Positions 9,322 through 19,264 of a stretch of 64,000 bases of DNA are shown here, piece by piece. Numbering within the stretch: position 1 is the first letter of the stretch; the number at the start of each line of letters is the position of its first letter. The translations under genes were made by a program, and so were the position numbers. Source of the DNA: Thermoplasmata archaeon (GTDB lineage: Archaea > Thermoplasmatota > Thermoplasmata > Lutacidiplasmatales > UBA184); NCBI GenBank assembly GCA_035656275.1, contig DASRSW010000062.1, positions 986 through 64,985 of the forward strand. Direction: 5' to 3'. The notes under the pieces are model-generated. The model was not told the origin of the DNA and made no database searches. It was given only the letters and a program-made list of their open reading frames with translations.

Positions 9322-10359
9322 TCAGTCGGAGGTAGGAGCTGGATGAAAGCCTCGTAGTACGCTCACCATTCTTTCGATAGCCTCAATCGAGCGATAGACG
9401 GCGGGAATCTCGAATCTCCTCTGACTCTTGTGGATGATGTTATTCCTGATGTTGTAGACTTTCTCGACATCCGCAATCAGCTGGCTTACATCAGACCGCG
9501 CTTCAAGTACTTCGATAATGAACCTGGTGAGTCCGATTAGTGGAATGTTCCTGATGATCTCCTCGGCGTGGGTTCGCCTTTGCTCCTCCACTCCGCTCTC
9601 GGTTCCGAATCTAGACGCGAGATAGGCTTCGATCTCGGCTTCTAGCGCTATCACCAGCTCGATGTAGACCAGGTCGTATTCCCTAGTCACGTAGTGAATT
9701 CTGCATCTGGCGAGGTAGTTTCGTCTAAGCTGCGTGCGTCCGTCGTAGTCGATTGTCAGGATTCTGAATCTCTCAAGCTCTGCCCGACCAGCCGGCCAGT
9801 CAGCGGTGTAGCACAAGTCTAGGTAGACGATTGCTTCAGGGGGAGTTGTCTCGAGAATGAAGCGAATCTTGCGTAACGTCGGTAATGGGCCTAGGTCCGC
9901 ACTCTTCACGCGATAGGAGGTCTCCCAGTACCCTTCGGAGGCGGTATCGTCGATGGCGGCCGCGAGCCTTTCTTCCAGATTCGTTGTATCAAGGCGACCC
10001 GCCGAGGCCAATCCCAATTCGTAGTCGGAGTAGTCGAGCACTGCCAGTTCGACGGACTCGACCGGGATCCCCGCCGCTTCCGAAATCCACTTGTCAAGAT
10101 TCTGACGGGTCAGCCCGAGACCGTCTAGGCGGACAATGGCGGTACCCACCGTAGTCTCGTACCAACAGTCGAGTCCGTCATGCTCGCGAGACGGAGCGAA
10201 CGCCGCAGAATCGGGATTCGGCCGGCGAGAATCTAAGTCTATTTTCCGATCTGCAGGTCGGAATAGACAGCTCAGGGCGTGGTCGTCAGTCTCCGGGACC
10301 GCGTTTCGCCATTTCAACGCCGCTGAATCGCCTATCCAGAGAGTCGACCAATCCGCCAT
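9322..10359 (-). CDS. Hypothetical protein with C-terminal HEPN-like module (RNxxxH motif IRNNIIH)
   Basis: Helical C-terminal ~110 aa carries R-N-x3-H about 45 residues from the C-terminus. The N-terminal ~230 aa is an unknown domain. Confidence 0.6.
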   Translation of the reverse strand: MADWSTLWIGDSAALKWRNAVPETDDHALSCLFRPADRKIDLDSRRPNPDSAAFAPSREHDGLDCWYETTVGTAIVRLDGLGLTRQNLDKWISEAAGIPVESVELAVLDYSDYELGLASAGRLDTTNLEERLAAAIDDTASEGYWETSYRVKSADLGPLPTLRKIRFILETTPPEAIVYLDLCYTADWPAGRAELERFRILTIDYDGRTQLRRNYLARCRIHYVTREYDLVYIELVIALEAEIEAYLASRFGTESGVEEQRRTHAEEIIRNIPLIGLTRFIIEVLEARSDVSQLIADVEKVYNIRNNIIHKSQRRFEIPAVYRSIEAIERMVSVLRGFHPAPTSD

Positions 10360-10617
10360 CGCCGGGACAAAGGGCGCCGTCCCAAAGCGATTGTCTTGTA
10401 CCAGGTCCGGTGGGGCCTATTGACACGCGACTCGACCTACCTCGCCCGGCTCCGTGCGTCAATGCGCTGTTGCGAGGTCCCCTCTCAGACCCGTTTTGAG
10501 AAAGAGTGGCCCATCACATGCCGTCTCCGCCCGGGCTTCTCGCACCTCGGCCGTTACGGGCTCGACACGGTGTGCGGGCCGAGCGCACCATCCGAAAGGT
10601 GGCTTCAGGCGGCGCGA

Positions 10618-11583
10618 TCAAATCGTCTCTTCCCTCCCACCCGAAAGCTCCCGGGCACGGCCTACCAAGAGCAATCGCACTAGCGCCCGGAGGTACCCAT
10701 ATCCGTTATTCAACTCGTCTGGGCTCTTCGCGTCCCACTCGTCATGCACGACCCTGTTTCGGGTCTCCCCCAGGGCCTCCAACTTTTGGACCTCGACATC
10801 ATTCAAGCCGAGCCTCCGGGCGGCTTCCATCCGCTGGGCCTCGTGCTCGTTTGTAAGGCAGACTACGGCCTTCCACAAGAGGACCATCGCGAGCGCCCCC
10901 GCGTATCCAAAGCCCTTCTGGACCTGAACCATGCTCTCGCGCTCCTCTCGTGCCGCGTTGATTCCGGCCTCATACACCCAAATCGCCCGCTTGTAGAATA
11001 GCAGTGCAGAACTGAGGGCGCTGTCCGCCGCTGTGGCCCACTCTGCTCCTTCGCGAAAGTCAGAGGCGAGCCGCGTCGTGTTCCAGCCGGCAAACGAGTG
11101 AGTCATCATCTCGGAAGTTCCGACCGTTCCGCCGGCCTCAGTCCAAGCACGTTGATACTTCGCCTTGAAAACCACGTTCGTCCCCAGCCCAGCGGTAACC
11201 TCCAGGTCCCGAACAGCTTCAGTGGTGAGGTCAATCGCGCCCCAGAGATCGTTCCCCATAACAGTGAGGGACACAACCAAGATGTTGTCCTTGAGAGAGT
11301 ACTGGTAACCCTTGAGGGGGAACGTGATGTCAATCGCCTCCTCTGGCGACCTGCTCCGCGGCGTAGTTTCGCCGTCAGGCTGTAGCAGGGTGGTTCCATC
11401 CGGAAGTCCGAACTGCGTCCGAGGTTCGAGTTCGAACTCGACGAATGCTCGCGTGGGGACTGGAGGTGGCCCGAACCACTTCCTACGCGCTTCCTCATCC
11501 ATGCGACCCAACAGGTCCTCCTTCTCAAGAAAGCTCCCAGAGCTCGACGGTCTGATCGGTCGGGTCCTCCCCCTGGGCCGCAA
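10618..11583 (-). CDS. Hypothetical protein with C-terminal HEPN-like module (RNxxxH motif TRNRVVH). Divergent tandem neighbour of 9322-10359.
   Basis: Same layout (unknown N-terminal domain plus helical C-terminus with R-N-x3-H about 50 residues from the end). The N-terminus is unrelated to its neighbour. Confidence 0.6.
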   Translation of the reverse strand: MRPRGRTRPIRPSSSGSFLEKEDLLGRMDEEARRKWFGPPPVPTRAFVEFELEPRTQFGLPDGTTLLQPDGETTPRSRSPEEAIDITFPLKGYQYSLKDNILVVSLTVMGNDLWGAIDLTTEAVRDLEVTAGLGTNVVFKAKYQRAWTEAGGTVGTSEMMTHSFAGWNTTRLASDFREGAEWATAADSALSSALLFYKRAIWVYEAGINAAREERESMVQVQKGFGYAGALAMVLLWKAVVCLTNEHEAQRMEAARRLGLNDVEVQKLEALGETRNRVVHDEWDAKSPDELNNGYGYLRALVRLLLVGRARELSGGREETI

Positions 11584-12883
11584 TGGCGTGGATTCTCGGT
11601 CCTACCCCTCGGGCCGAATCCCTAACCAGGAATCGCAGATCTGTTCGCATCTGGAAACTGGTGCCCCGCTTGCGGACCGTTCATTCCTTTCAGCCTCGGA
11701 GCCAATCGGAAGTGAACCACATGGACGCGACGTTCAACTTTCTGGACGCCCCCCTGTCACCGTAACAGCGAGGGCGGAGAGCCTGAGGAAGGACTCCTGA
11801 CTGGCCCCGGCTCCGAGACCCATCTCCTCTCGCCGGCAGGCCTGCAACCCGCCACCATGTTCGTCTTCAGACCCTCCCTTACCCGATCATGGGAAGGGTT
11901 TCACGGTCCAGGAATCGGCACAAGAGACCGACTTTGTCATGAGGTCCAGCCGCGATGCTTGCATTAGACGGATCACCCTCGCCGAGCAAGGATCCCAGCA
12001 GCCGTGGGGTCCGTTATGTGGGCTAAACCGACTCTGCGGCCAACGCCCTGTCTATGAATACAAGAGCTTGGGCCGACGTCGATCTAAACTCTCTTCGAGC
12101 CACCTTCTGAAGCTTCGTCAGAAGCCCCTTCGGCAGGTAGACGGCTAGCGCAGCTCGGCCCTCCGCTTGCGGCTTGCGTGAACGCGACATTCCCCGGTTC
12201 CCTCAATGGCCAGCAGCCAATCCGTCGAGAGGACACCCGGCGCCCCCTCGACTCGGGACGTTCGGTGGACAACAGCGGCGCGTATATATTCGTTAGCCGA
12301 GGCTCGCTCTCGGGTCTCATTGGCCAGCCGTTCCGGCTCTGACTCCTGGGACAGGAGTCGCACCTTGAACTCGCACCGCCGTCACCATGCTGATAGGTGT
12401 CGGCGAGAGTAGAAAGCAAGAGCCTAACTAGTCCTATCGACGCTGTACGTCACAGCTCGAGGTTTCGGGCAGAAGATTTACGAGGGGGCCGATCTGCCCG
12501 ATGGCGGCTGCCTCCGATCGCACTCGAGATGGTAAAAGTCTTGGCGCCATCAGCTAGCAAGCTTGGCACCTAGCGTTTTCCCGGAACCGGGCTGCCATGT
12601 CGAGGGAGCAAGCCAATCGATGTCGTTAGGGCGTTACAGACGACATTTGTGACTGTTCACGATGGATCATTGGCCCGATCCGGCAACTCTCCGCGAGCTG
12701 GCCACTAGGCATCCTATTCTTCTAGGACGCCCTCTCGCCTCTGGCGGTTACTAATCCTTCCCGGCATCCATTTGGCCAACCGGCAAACCGGGTGTGCAAG
12801 GAGCCCCTTGGGTGACCTGCTGCTAGAGTACCTCCGCGCACGACACTATACAACATGTTGCAGCACTAAGACGCTAGGGTACG

Positions 12884-12890
12884 TTATATT
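12884..12890 (+). promoter_or_regulatory. Archaeal TATA-like box (TTATATT) about 35 nt upstream of the probable ATG at 12924
   Basis: AT-rich heptamer in otherwise GC-rich DNA at the expected distance. Confidence 0.35.
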
Positions 12891-12895
12891 CTAGC

Positions 12896-13720
12896 GTGCC
12901 ACTACGGCGCACAGGTGGGTCTATGCGACGAAATCCTCAAGAAGAAACTGCCGTCCACGTGAAAAGACGAATCCCAAGGGGAATGATCGGCCTCGGGGCC
13001 GTTGCCCTGGCGCTGCTAGTAGCAGTGTCGCCGTTGGCGTCGGCCAACTGGGTCAATGGGACTTGGGTGAGAATAGCGACAGCCTCTGTGGCGGGCCCGA
13101 CCGCAGGGAGTGGGGTCAACACCCCGACTCCCGGGCAGCCGACAGCCGTGGGCCCAATTCCCGTCAGGGTAACTTTCGGCTTTACAAGCACTTCGGGCCC
13201 GGCGATTGGGTGGGCGAACTACCATCAGCAGGCCACGGCCTGGGCCCTCCCCACTTTCGCTGCGTGGAAGGGGGTCGGGGCTAGCTACAATGTCAGCGTT
13301 CTCTTCGGTTACCAGATCAGGGCCAACGACGTCGTGGCAAGCGTGAACTGCGTGAACGGCGGGACAGCGAACGCGACCGCCATCATCATCGTCCAGCTTG
13401 CCATCTACGACGTGACCACCGGTACGTATGCAGCGGCGCTGGGCCCCCCAGGCGGGATACCTATCTGGCTTCCGTACCAGGTCAGCTGTACCACCGGCGG
13501 GTCCGCTACGGCTGGCAACCCGGCGATGAGTCTTCCTGCGCTGGGCAACCTGACGGGTCCAATCGGCATCCACTTGACCGCCGGAAATGTCTACCAGGTC
13601 GAGGGACTGATTGCGGCGTACGGGAGCGCTTACACCACGGCGGTGGGAGCCACGGCTTCGGCGACCGTCAACTTCCCCGCGGGCGATTACGTCGAGATCG
13701 CGAGCTCAAACGCGTACTGA
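12896..13720 (+). CDS. Secreted/surface glycoprotein paralog B (probable true start ATG 12924; the GTG at 12896 is a finder artefact)
   Basis: Signal-peptide-like MIGLGAVALALLVAVSPLASA. Sequons NGT, NVS, NAT, NLT. Paralogous to 133-966. Confidence 0.65.
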   Translation: MPLRRTGGSMRRNPQEETAVHVKRRIPRGMIGLGAVALALLVAVSPLASANWVNGTWVRIATASVAGPTAGSGVNTPTPGQPTAVGPIPVRVTFGFTSTSGPAIGWANYHQQATAWALPTFAAWKGVGASYNVSVLFGYQIRANDVVASVNCVNGGTANATAIIIVQLAIYDVTTGTYAAALGPPGGIPIWLPYQVSCTTGGSATAGNPAMSLPALGNLTGPIGIHLTAGNVYQVEGLIAAYGSAYTTAVGATASATVNFPAGDYVEIASSNAY

Positions 13721-14172
13721 GGGTGAATCCGCGGAGCCGTAGCCTGCCGCGCTGTGAGCCACGCCAACCCATTCCCTTCTCTCTTTTCAAGGGGCGCGCC
13801 ACGTGACCTGAGTGGATAGCCCTGATCGAGCATGCCGGCCACGAAACTTGGATCCATCCGGAGTGCGGGTTCCTACGGACGCAACTCTGGAATCCGACTT
13901 CCTCTTTCGAGCTCACTGAACGCGTGCGAATGTCAACAGGCATTAGGACTGGGGCAGACTGTCCAAAAGATCTCGGGCGCCTCTCGCTGAAGGGGTTGGC
14001 AAGGCGAGGGCCGCTACTACGTCCGGTCCGCTGATGCAACGCGGTTGGAACGTACGCTGGCGCTTGGCGCCCCGGATTCTGCAACAGGGCTCCATATTGC
14101 CGCCACTAGTCATCGAGATGAGCGCACTCAAACCCTCGCTCCGTTCTCGGCGGTAGAGCGGAAGCCCACTAC

Positions 14173-14709
14173 TCATCCGGTGGGGGTATCGTTGGTGTTT
14201 TCTCCTCCGATCTTCTTACCCATGAACTGGTACGTAGCCTCGTAGCCCATTGATCGGTAGAATGCATGCGCTTGCGCATTCCCGGCGAAGGTCCCCAAAG
14301 TCGACCAGTCGAATCCGTCGCACGAAAAGGCCTGCTCAATCGCGGAAAAGAGTTCCCGCCCTATCCCACGTCGACGGAAGGCCGCATCCACATGGGCCTC
14401 CATAATCATGAGCGTCTTCTTGCGCGTCTGATCCCACGGCTGAGCCTCCTTGGGTAGTGCTGCAATGAACCCGCACCTCGTGCCCTCTTCCAGGGCAACG
14501 AGGAACTTGCCCCCCTCGTTTTGAGTCTTTTGAATCAGTCTTGGGAGGTAACTGTCGGGGAAGTCGTCTCCTACACCCATTTCGGGAACACGACGTCTCT
14601 CTTCTTCAAGATAAGCGGCGAAAACCGATCTCACGAATCCAAAGTCCGTTTCCTCATAGGCCCTCACCACGCGCGTCATTCGCGGGACCGAGGGCGGTAA
14701 CTGGTACAA
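14173..14709 (-). CDS. GNAT family N-acetyltransferase
   Basis: Acetyl-CoA binding motif RRRGIGRELF and overall GNAT fold pattern. Confidence 0.75.
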   Translation of the reverse strand: MYQLPPSVPRMTRVVRAYEETDFGFVRSVFAAYLEEERRRVPEMGVGDDFPDSYLPRLIQKTQNEGGKFLVALEEGTRCGFIAALPKEAQPWDQTRKKTLMIMEAHVDAAFRRRGIGRELFSAIEQAFSCDGFDWSTLGTFAGNAQAHAFYRSMGYEATYQFMGKKIGGENTNDTPTG

Positions 14710-15000
14710 ATAGCGGCACCCTTCCGCGACCTTGACCTCGCCCCTCGCAATCCGGCTTCACGGTAGCTTGAGTTCGTCAAGATCCCAAATTAGTGCTTGC
14801 TGCGGGCTATTTGACTGTCCGTAGAGTTGTGGTATTCGAAGCGGCTCTTGTCCGAATTCCATATCTTAACCGAAGTGTAACTCCAGCCTACAATAGATCT
14901 GTTGCCCGATTAGGAAACCAAAAGCGACGCTCGGAAGAACAAGGCTAGCGTACGGCCCTGATTCAGGATCGCGTCGGGCCATCCGACACGCGGTAGGTTC

Positions 15001-15870
15001 CTAACACCAACCGGAAAGCATGCGATGGCAGTCCCAAGGAAGGTAGTTCCGAAAGGCGATAGGGAGAGGCTGCTCGAGTGAGCAGTCGAGTGAACCCAGA
15101 GCCGACCCGTGGCGGGCGAGGAGGTTCCGTGTCTCGCGGGGTTCTTGAGCGACCCGGTTCCTCCGGACAGTCTTGGTGATACGACCGTTCTTGATCTTGT
15201 GGTCCACGTCGCACCGCTCCGCGATCCACGGATCGTGGGTCACGATGATGGTGGTCGTTGCCGATTCGCGAGCCGCCCGGAGGAGATATTCCAGCACGTT
15301 CGACCGTGCGCTGGGATCGAGATTGCCTGTGGGCTCATCGGCCAGGATGAGTGCAGGACGCTTGGCGATGGCGCGGGCGATTCCCGCCCTCTGCTGTTCG
15401 CCACCGCTCATATGCCCGGGGCGATGTTCGGCCCGTTTAGCCATCCCTACTGCGCGGAGCGCCTCCATGGCACGCTCCCGCCGTTCCCTCTTCGAGACGT
15501 CCAGCGGCTCCAGCGCAGCCGCCACGTTCTCCCGAGCCGACAGCCAAGGGAAAAGATAGTACGATTGGAAGATGAACCCCACCGTGTGCGCACGGTAGTC
15601 GACCAACTCCCGATCCGACATCTCGGTCAGTTCACGGCCGTCGACCGAGATGGAACCAGAGTCCGGCCGATCGAGGCCGCCAATCAGACTCAGCAGGGTT
15701 GTCTTCCCGCTGCCGCTGTCGCCTCGAATGGCCACGACCGCTCCCTTCGGCACGCGCAGACTGATCCCCGTCAATGCATCGACTTCGGCAGTCTTTCGAG
15801 TCGCCCGATAGCGGCGGCACACGTTCCGCACAACGACCATGTCGCCGCTGTCTCCTTCGAGTTCACTCAT
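15001..15870 (-). CDS. ABC transporter ATP-binding protein (MacB/LolD-like)
   Basis: Walker A GDSGSGKTT. ABC signature LSGGEQQR. Walker B ILADEPTGNLD. Confidence 0.85.
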   Translation of the reverse strand: MSELEGDSGDMVVVRNVCRRYRATRKTAEVDALTGISLRVPKGAVVAIRGDSGSGKTTLLSLIGGLDRPDSGSISVDGRELTEMSDRELVDYRAHTVGFIFQSYYLFPWLSARENVAAALEPLDVSKRERRERAMEALRAVGMAKRAEHRPGHMSGGEQQRAGIARAIAKRPALILADEPTGNLDPSARSNVLEYLLRAARESATTTIIVTHDPWIAERCDVDHKIKNGRITKTVRRNRVAQEPRETRNLLARHGSALGSLDCSLEQPLPIAFRNYLPWDCHRMLSGWC

Positions 15871-17092
15871 CGCGAAGCGCCTCCGTAGGCGGCAGGCGAA
15901 GCGCCCGAATGCTCGGATAAATAGCCCCGAGGACGCCGAAGAGAAGGGTCACCGCCAGCCCGACCAAGAGTAGGTCCGTCGTGAGAACTATCTGAACGCC
16001 ATTCAACAGTTGGCCGCCAGCGTATCCCCCGGCCGCGCCGCCCACCGCCCACTCAGCCACTGCGGGGCCCAGGAGGAGGGCCAAGCCGAACGCGGCGGGG
16101 AGTCCGAGAAGTGCTACCAGAAACGACTCCAGTGAAACTTGGGCCAGGATTCTGGAATTGCGGTGGCCCAACGCTTTCATGAGTCCGAATTCTCGGGTCC
16201 GACGCGAGGTGACGACAACCATGGTCGTGACGACCACAAGCGCGCCCCCGACCAGTGCGACATACTGGGCGGTTTCGGAACTGGCGAGGATCGACGATAC
16301 GGCTCCCCGAAGCGCCTCATGATTGGCGTTGGCGAGGCTCTGGACGTTGTAGCCGCTGCCGAGGGAGTGCTGCAGGCTTGAGACGACCGAGGAGACTTGC
16401 GCCTTCGGCGTGAGGTAGGCGTACACGATTGTGGCGTTCGTAGTGCCGAGCGCCGACGTTCCGCTGGGGAACGGTGCGATGACGGTTTCTCCGCCCTCGG
16501 CACAAGTCGGCGCGTTAAAGATGCCGACCACGGTGAATGTCGCACCGTTCAGGCTGAGCGGACTCCCCGCCCGTAAGCCATTGTCGGAGGCGTATTCTGA
16601 CCCGACTACGGCCGCGCTTCCCTGCTCGTCACCGTACGACAGGGTACGTCCGGCGTTCATTGTGAGGGTGGTCGCGCCTCCCAATCCCGCCAACAGGAGG
16701 AAAACCGGGCCAGTCGTATCGATGGCCTGAACGTTCGGATCGCTGCTGGACCCGCATATCGGGTTAGAGGGGTTCAGAAATTCGGGCTGCCAGGTGATGC
16801 GCTGGACCGATGCTACCGTCGATAGCTGATCGATTTCCTGTACCGTGCCCGGCGTAACTCCAGCCCCAATCGAGAAATTGAACGTCCCCCCGCCGAACGA
16901 GTTACCCGCCAACTGAACTGTCACAATGTTCTGAACCGAACTGACGGCCTGCCCGGCCCCGGAGACCACGGCGGCGTTTACTTGGCTCAGAACAAGGAAC
17001 ACCCCGAGCGTAAGCGCGACGACGACAAGGACGCCGATGCTCCGGACAGGGTGGCGACTTACGGTCGAACCTACCCTCGAGAGAAGGCTCAC
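15863..17092 (-). CDS. ABC transporter permease, FtsX/MacB family, with a large extracytoplasmic domain
   Basis: N-terminal TM, a long Ser/Gly/Thr-rich extracellular domain, three C-terminal TM helices with FtsX-like MKALGHRNSRIL. An 8-nt overlap with the ATPase gene indicates an operon. Confidence 0.8.
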   Translation of the reverse strand: MSLLSRVGSTVSRHPVRSIGVLVVVALTLGVFLVLSQVNAAVVSGAGQAVSSVQNIVTVQLAGNSFGGGTFNFSIGAGVTPGTVQEIDQLSTVASVQRITWQPEFLNPSNPICGSSSDPNVQAIDTTGPVFLLLAGLGGATTLTMNAGRTLSYGDEQGSAAVVGSEYASDNGLRAGSPLSLNGATFTVVGIFNAPTCAEGGETVIAPFPSGTSALGTTNATIVYAYLTPKAQVSSVVSSLQHSLGSGYNVQSLANANHEALRGAVSSILASSETAQYVALVGGALVVVTTMVVVTSRRTREFGLMKALGHRNSRILAQVSLESFLVALLGLPAAFGLALLLGPAVAEWAVGGAAGGYAGGQLLNGVQIVLTTDLLLVGLAVTLLFGVLGAIYPSIRALRLPPTEALRDE

Positions 17093-17576
17093 CCACGTTG
17101 GAGCCCGCCACTCCTACATATTCCTTAGTGGTCTTCTCAGCGAGTCGAGGGGCCGAGAGGGGGCCTCCGTCGCCAGAATCGCCTGTTGCGTGACTTCGAC
17201 GAACAGCACCTGCCGGAGACGCGCATTCACCTGACGCCACTGCACTGCACCCAGAGCAGCTGTTGGAACTCACCCACTCTTCTGGTCAGACCGCACCGTT
17301 TCACCTGCCTTCCGCGGGGTGAGACGATGAACCAAAGCATCACTCCGCCCACGACCGAGCCCGCCGACCCCCGCTGCGACAACCGGTGTCCCCCGCCTCC
17401 GCACCGTCACCGGAAACCGATGGCCCCGATAGTGCGGCTGTAGCCAGCCGATCCCCCACGACCCCGAGATCCGCTAGGTCGTCGACTTCGGCGCCTCGCG
17501 CCCCTACCCCGCCTATCTCCGTGAGCACTCCCCCGACTTCGGGAGCTATCGCGGGGCGGCGTCCACCGGGCCGAAG

Positions 17577-17927
17577 GTGACGGTCGTCGAAGTCCCCCGG
17601 TTCACCCCCGCGAGCGATCTTCCTTGTCCAACGGCCGTCGCGCCCGAGATCGCCCACGCCAACGACGACTCCTCTCCCTCGCCCGAGGCCGGTCGCGCCT
17701 GGGCCCTCGGCCAGCTCGTCATCAACGCGGGCCAGTTCGAGTCCGCCCGCAGCGGCTTCGCCTCCTACGCCGCGAACGGCGAAACCGAAGCGCAGCTCCG
17801 TGCCCGCGTGAACCGCGTCATCCTCGAGGACCTGGAGCAGAAGGTGCTCGCCCTCCGCGAGAAGCTCCGCGACCGCCTGGAAGGCTCGTCGTTCGGGGAT
17901 TTCGTGGCGCGTGGCCATCCGAGGTAG
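17577..17927 (+). CDS. Hypothetical protein (116 aa)
   Basis: Protein-like composition. The opposite-strand ORF 17340-17963 looks antisense (G/R-rich). Confidence 0.3.
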   Translation: MTVVEVPRFTPASDLPCPTAVAPEIAHANDDSSPSPEAGRAWALGQLVINAGQFESARSGFASYAANGETEAQLRARVNRVILEDLEQKVLALREKLRDRLEGSSFGDFVARGHPR

Positions 17928-18141
17928 GTCCGGCTGGGGGGAGCTCGGGGAGATTACTATCAAAGCCTCAGACTCTGAAGTTTGCCGCTGCCACTAATCG
18001 ATTCACTTTGACGGAAGGACGAGAACTTATTCGAGTCCCAAATTTTGGGCTTTCTTGCTTGGTGGGAGGCTGTTTTGGCTCCGTCGAGCTCGGGGATCTA
18101 ACTTTAGTCGACCGTCTGGAAAGTCGGAGTCGGCGTCCTAC

Positions 18142-18702
18142 TCAGTCGTGAGGCTCGAGCCATTTTCCCATGCACAGAACGTCGGTCGGAACGTTTCGTA
18201 ACACGACGTGACCCCGAAGGCGACCCTCCACCTCGAAACCCACCTTCCGATAGAGTGCGATGGCCGGCTCATTCGAAGCGAATACTACGAGAGCAAGCTT
18301 TCGAATTCCGACGTGCCGACTCCACTCAATCCCCTGGAGAAGTAGTGCTTCGCCGAGGCCCAGCCTGCGCGCTCGGCGTTGGATCGATATCGCAATTTCC
18401 CCTACATGGGCGTTCTTTTCGAACTTTCCCCGAATGAAGTCGATGGCGGCCACTAGTCGACCATCGCGAAAGGCTACAAGGGAGAGACCTCGCGTCCCAT
18501 CGTAGCTCTCAAGTCGCTTTCGTTCTTCCTCCGGCGAGCGTGTCACTCGCTCGGGTCCAATGTAGACTTCCTCCGCGCCCACTTCGTTAAGGTGGGCCAG
18601 AAGGGCTTCCGCGTCACCCTGTTCGGCTCGACGGACTAAGGCAGTGGATCCATCCTTCAGCTGAATCGTTCTCGGCGAGAACATGATTTGGAAACCGGGC
18701 AT
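18142..18702 (-). CDS. GNAT family N-acetyltransferase
   Basis: RRARRLGLGEALL acetyl-CoA motif. Typical GNAT length. Confidence 0.8.
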   Translation of the reverse strand: MPGFQIMFSPRTIQLKDGSTALVRRAEQGDAEALLAHLNEVGAEEVYIGPERVTRSPEEERKRLESYDGTRGLSLVAFRDGRLVAAIDFIRGKFEKNAHVGEIAISIQRRARRLGLGEALLLQGIEWSRHVGIRKLALVVFASNEPAIALYRKVGFEVEGRLRGHVVLRNVPTDVLCMGKWLEPHD

Positions 18703-19040
18703 TGACCCGCCTAGGGCCAGCTCCTCAGCCCATACAGCGGATCCCCGATACTCCGACCCCCGTCAGCCCCCTCATCTGGATGGTCAGCCGCCCACTCCAA
18801 GAAGGTGTCCGTCGCGGCCGCCACGCATTCGGGGTCGAGCACCAGCCGGCGGAGAAGGAAGCGGAGCTTCCCCAGGTCGACGTCCGCCGAGAGGCGACTC
18901 TTCAGCGAGCGGGCCGCGTGCCAGGAGCGGACCTTGGGGTTCTGGGGCAGCCCATGGCCGGGTCCAGGGCCGATATTCGCAGGCATTCCGGGGTTTCCAA
19001 ATCGGTCTAGTATTTGTGTATTCAGACCGCTCCGACCGAG

Positions 19041-19071
19041 GGGCGGGGACGGATTCGAACCGCCCGGCGGT
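19041..19071 (-). other. tRNA 3'-end-like remnant (GGCGG-TTCGAAT-CCGTC-CCCGCCC)
   Basis: Canonical T-arm with one G-U. The anticodon arm could not be folded and no 5' acceptor GGGCGGG was found. This may be an intron-containing or split tRNA that I could not resolve by hand. Confidence 0.35.
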
Positions 19072-19264
19072 TCAAGTATTGTGGAGGATGGCGAGGAGAC
19101 TGAATCGTCGGGACGGCACGCTCAATTCAGTGTCGACTTACGCGCCTCGCTCGCAGACTTCTATTCCCGGTCGAAGTGCAGAATTGGCGGGGCGACCGTC
19201 GACAGGGGCTCCCGATCCCAGGGCCTCTGAATCCAGGACGCAGTTCGTTGCCCACCCATCCTGG

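Larger units (their letters stand above)
12788..13720. repeat. Segmental duplication partner of 1-966. The ~130-bp upstream region (cgggtgtgca..ccccttggg..ctgctaga) plus the glycoprotein CDS are duplicated.
   Basis: Direct comparison of 1-132 with 12788-12895 shows near-identical blocks (cgggtgtgcaggcgccccttggggg / cgggtgtgcaaggagccccttgggtga ... ctgctaga). The CDSs are paralogous. Confidence 0.6.

Noticed and set aside
17340-17963. 207-aa minus-strand ORF
   Set aside because: Gly/Arg/Ala-rich, antisense-like composition. The plus-strand 116-aa ORF is more protein-like, so neither is called with confidence.
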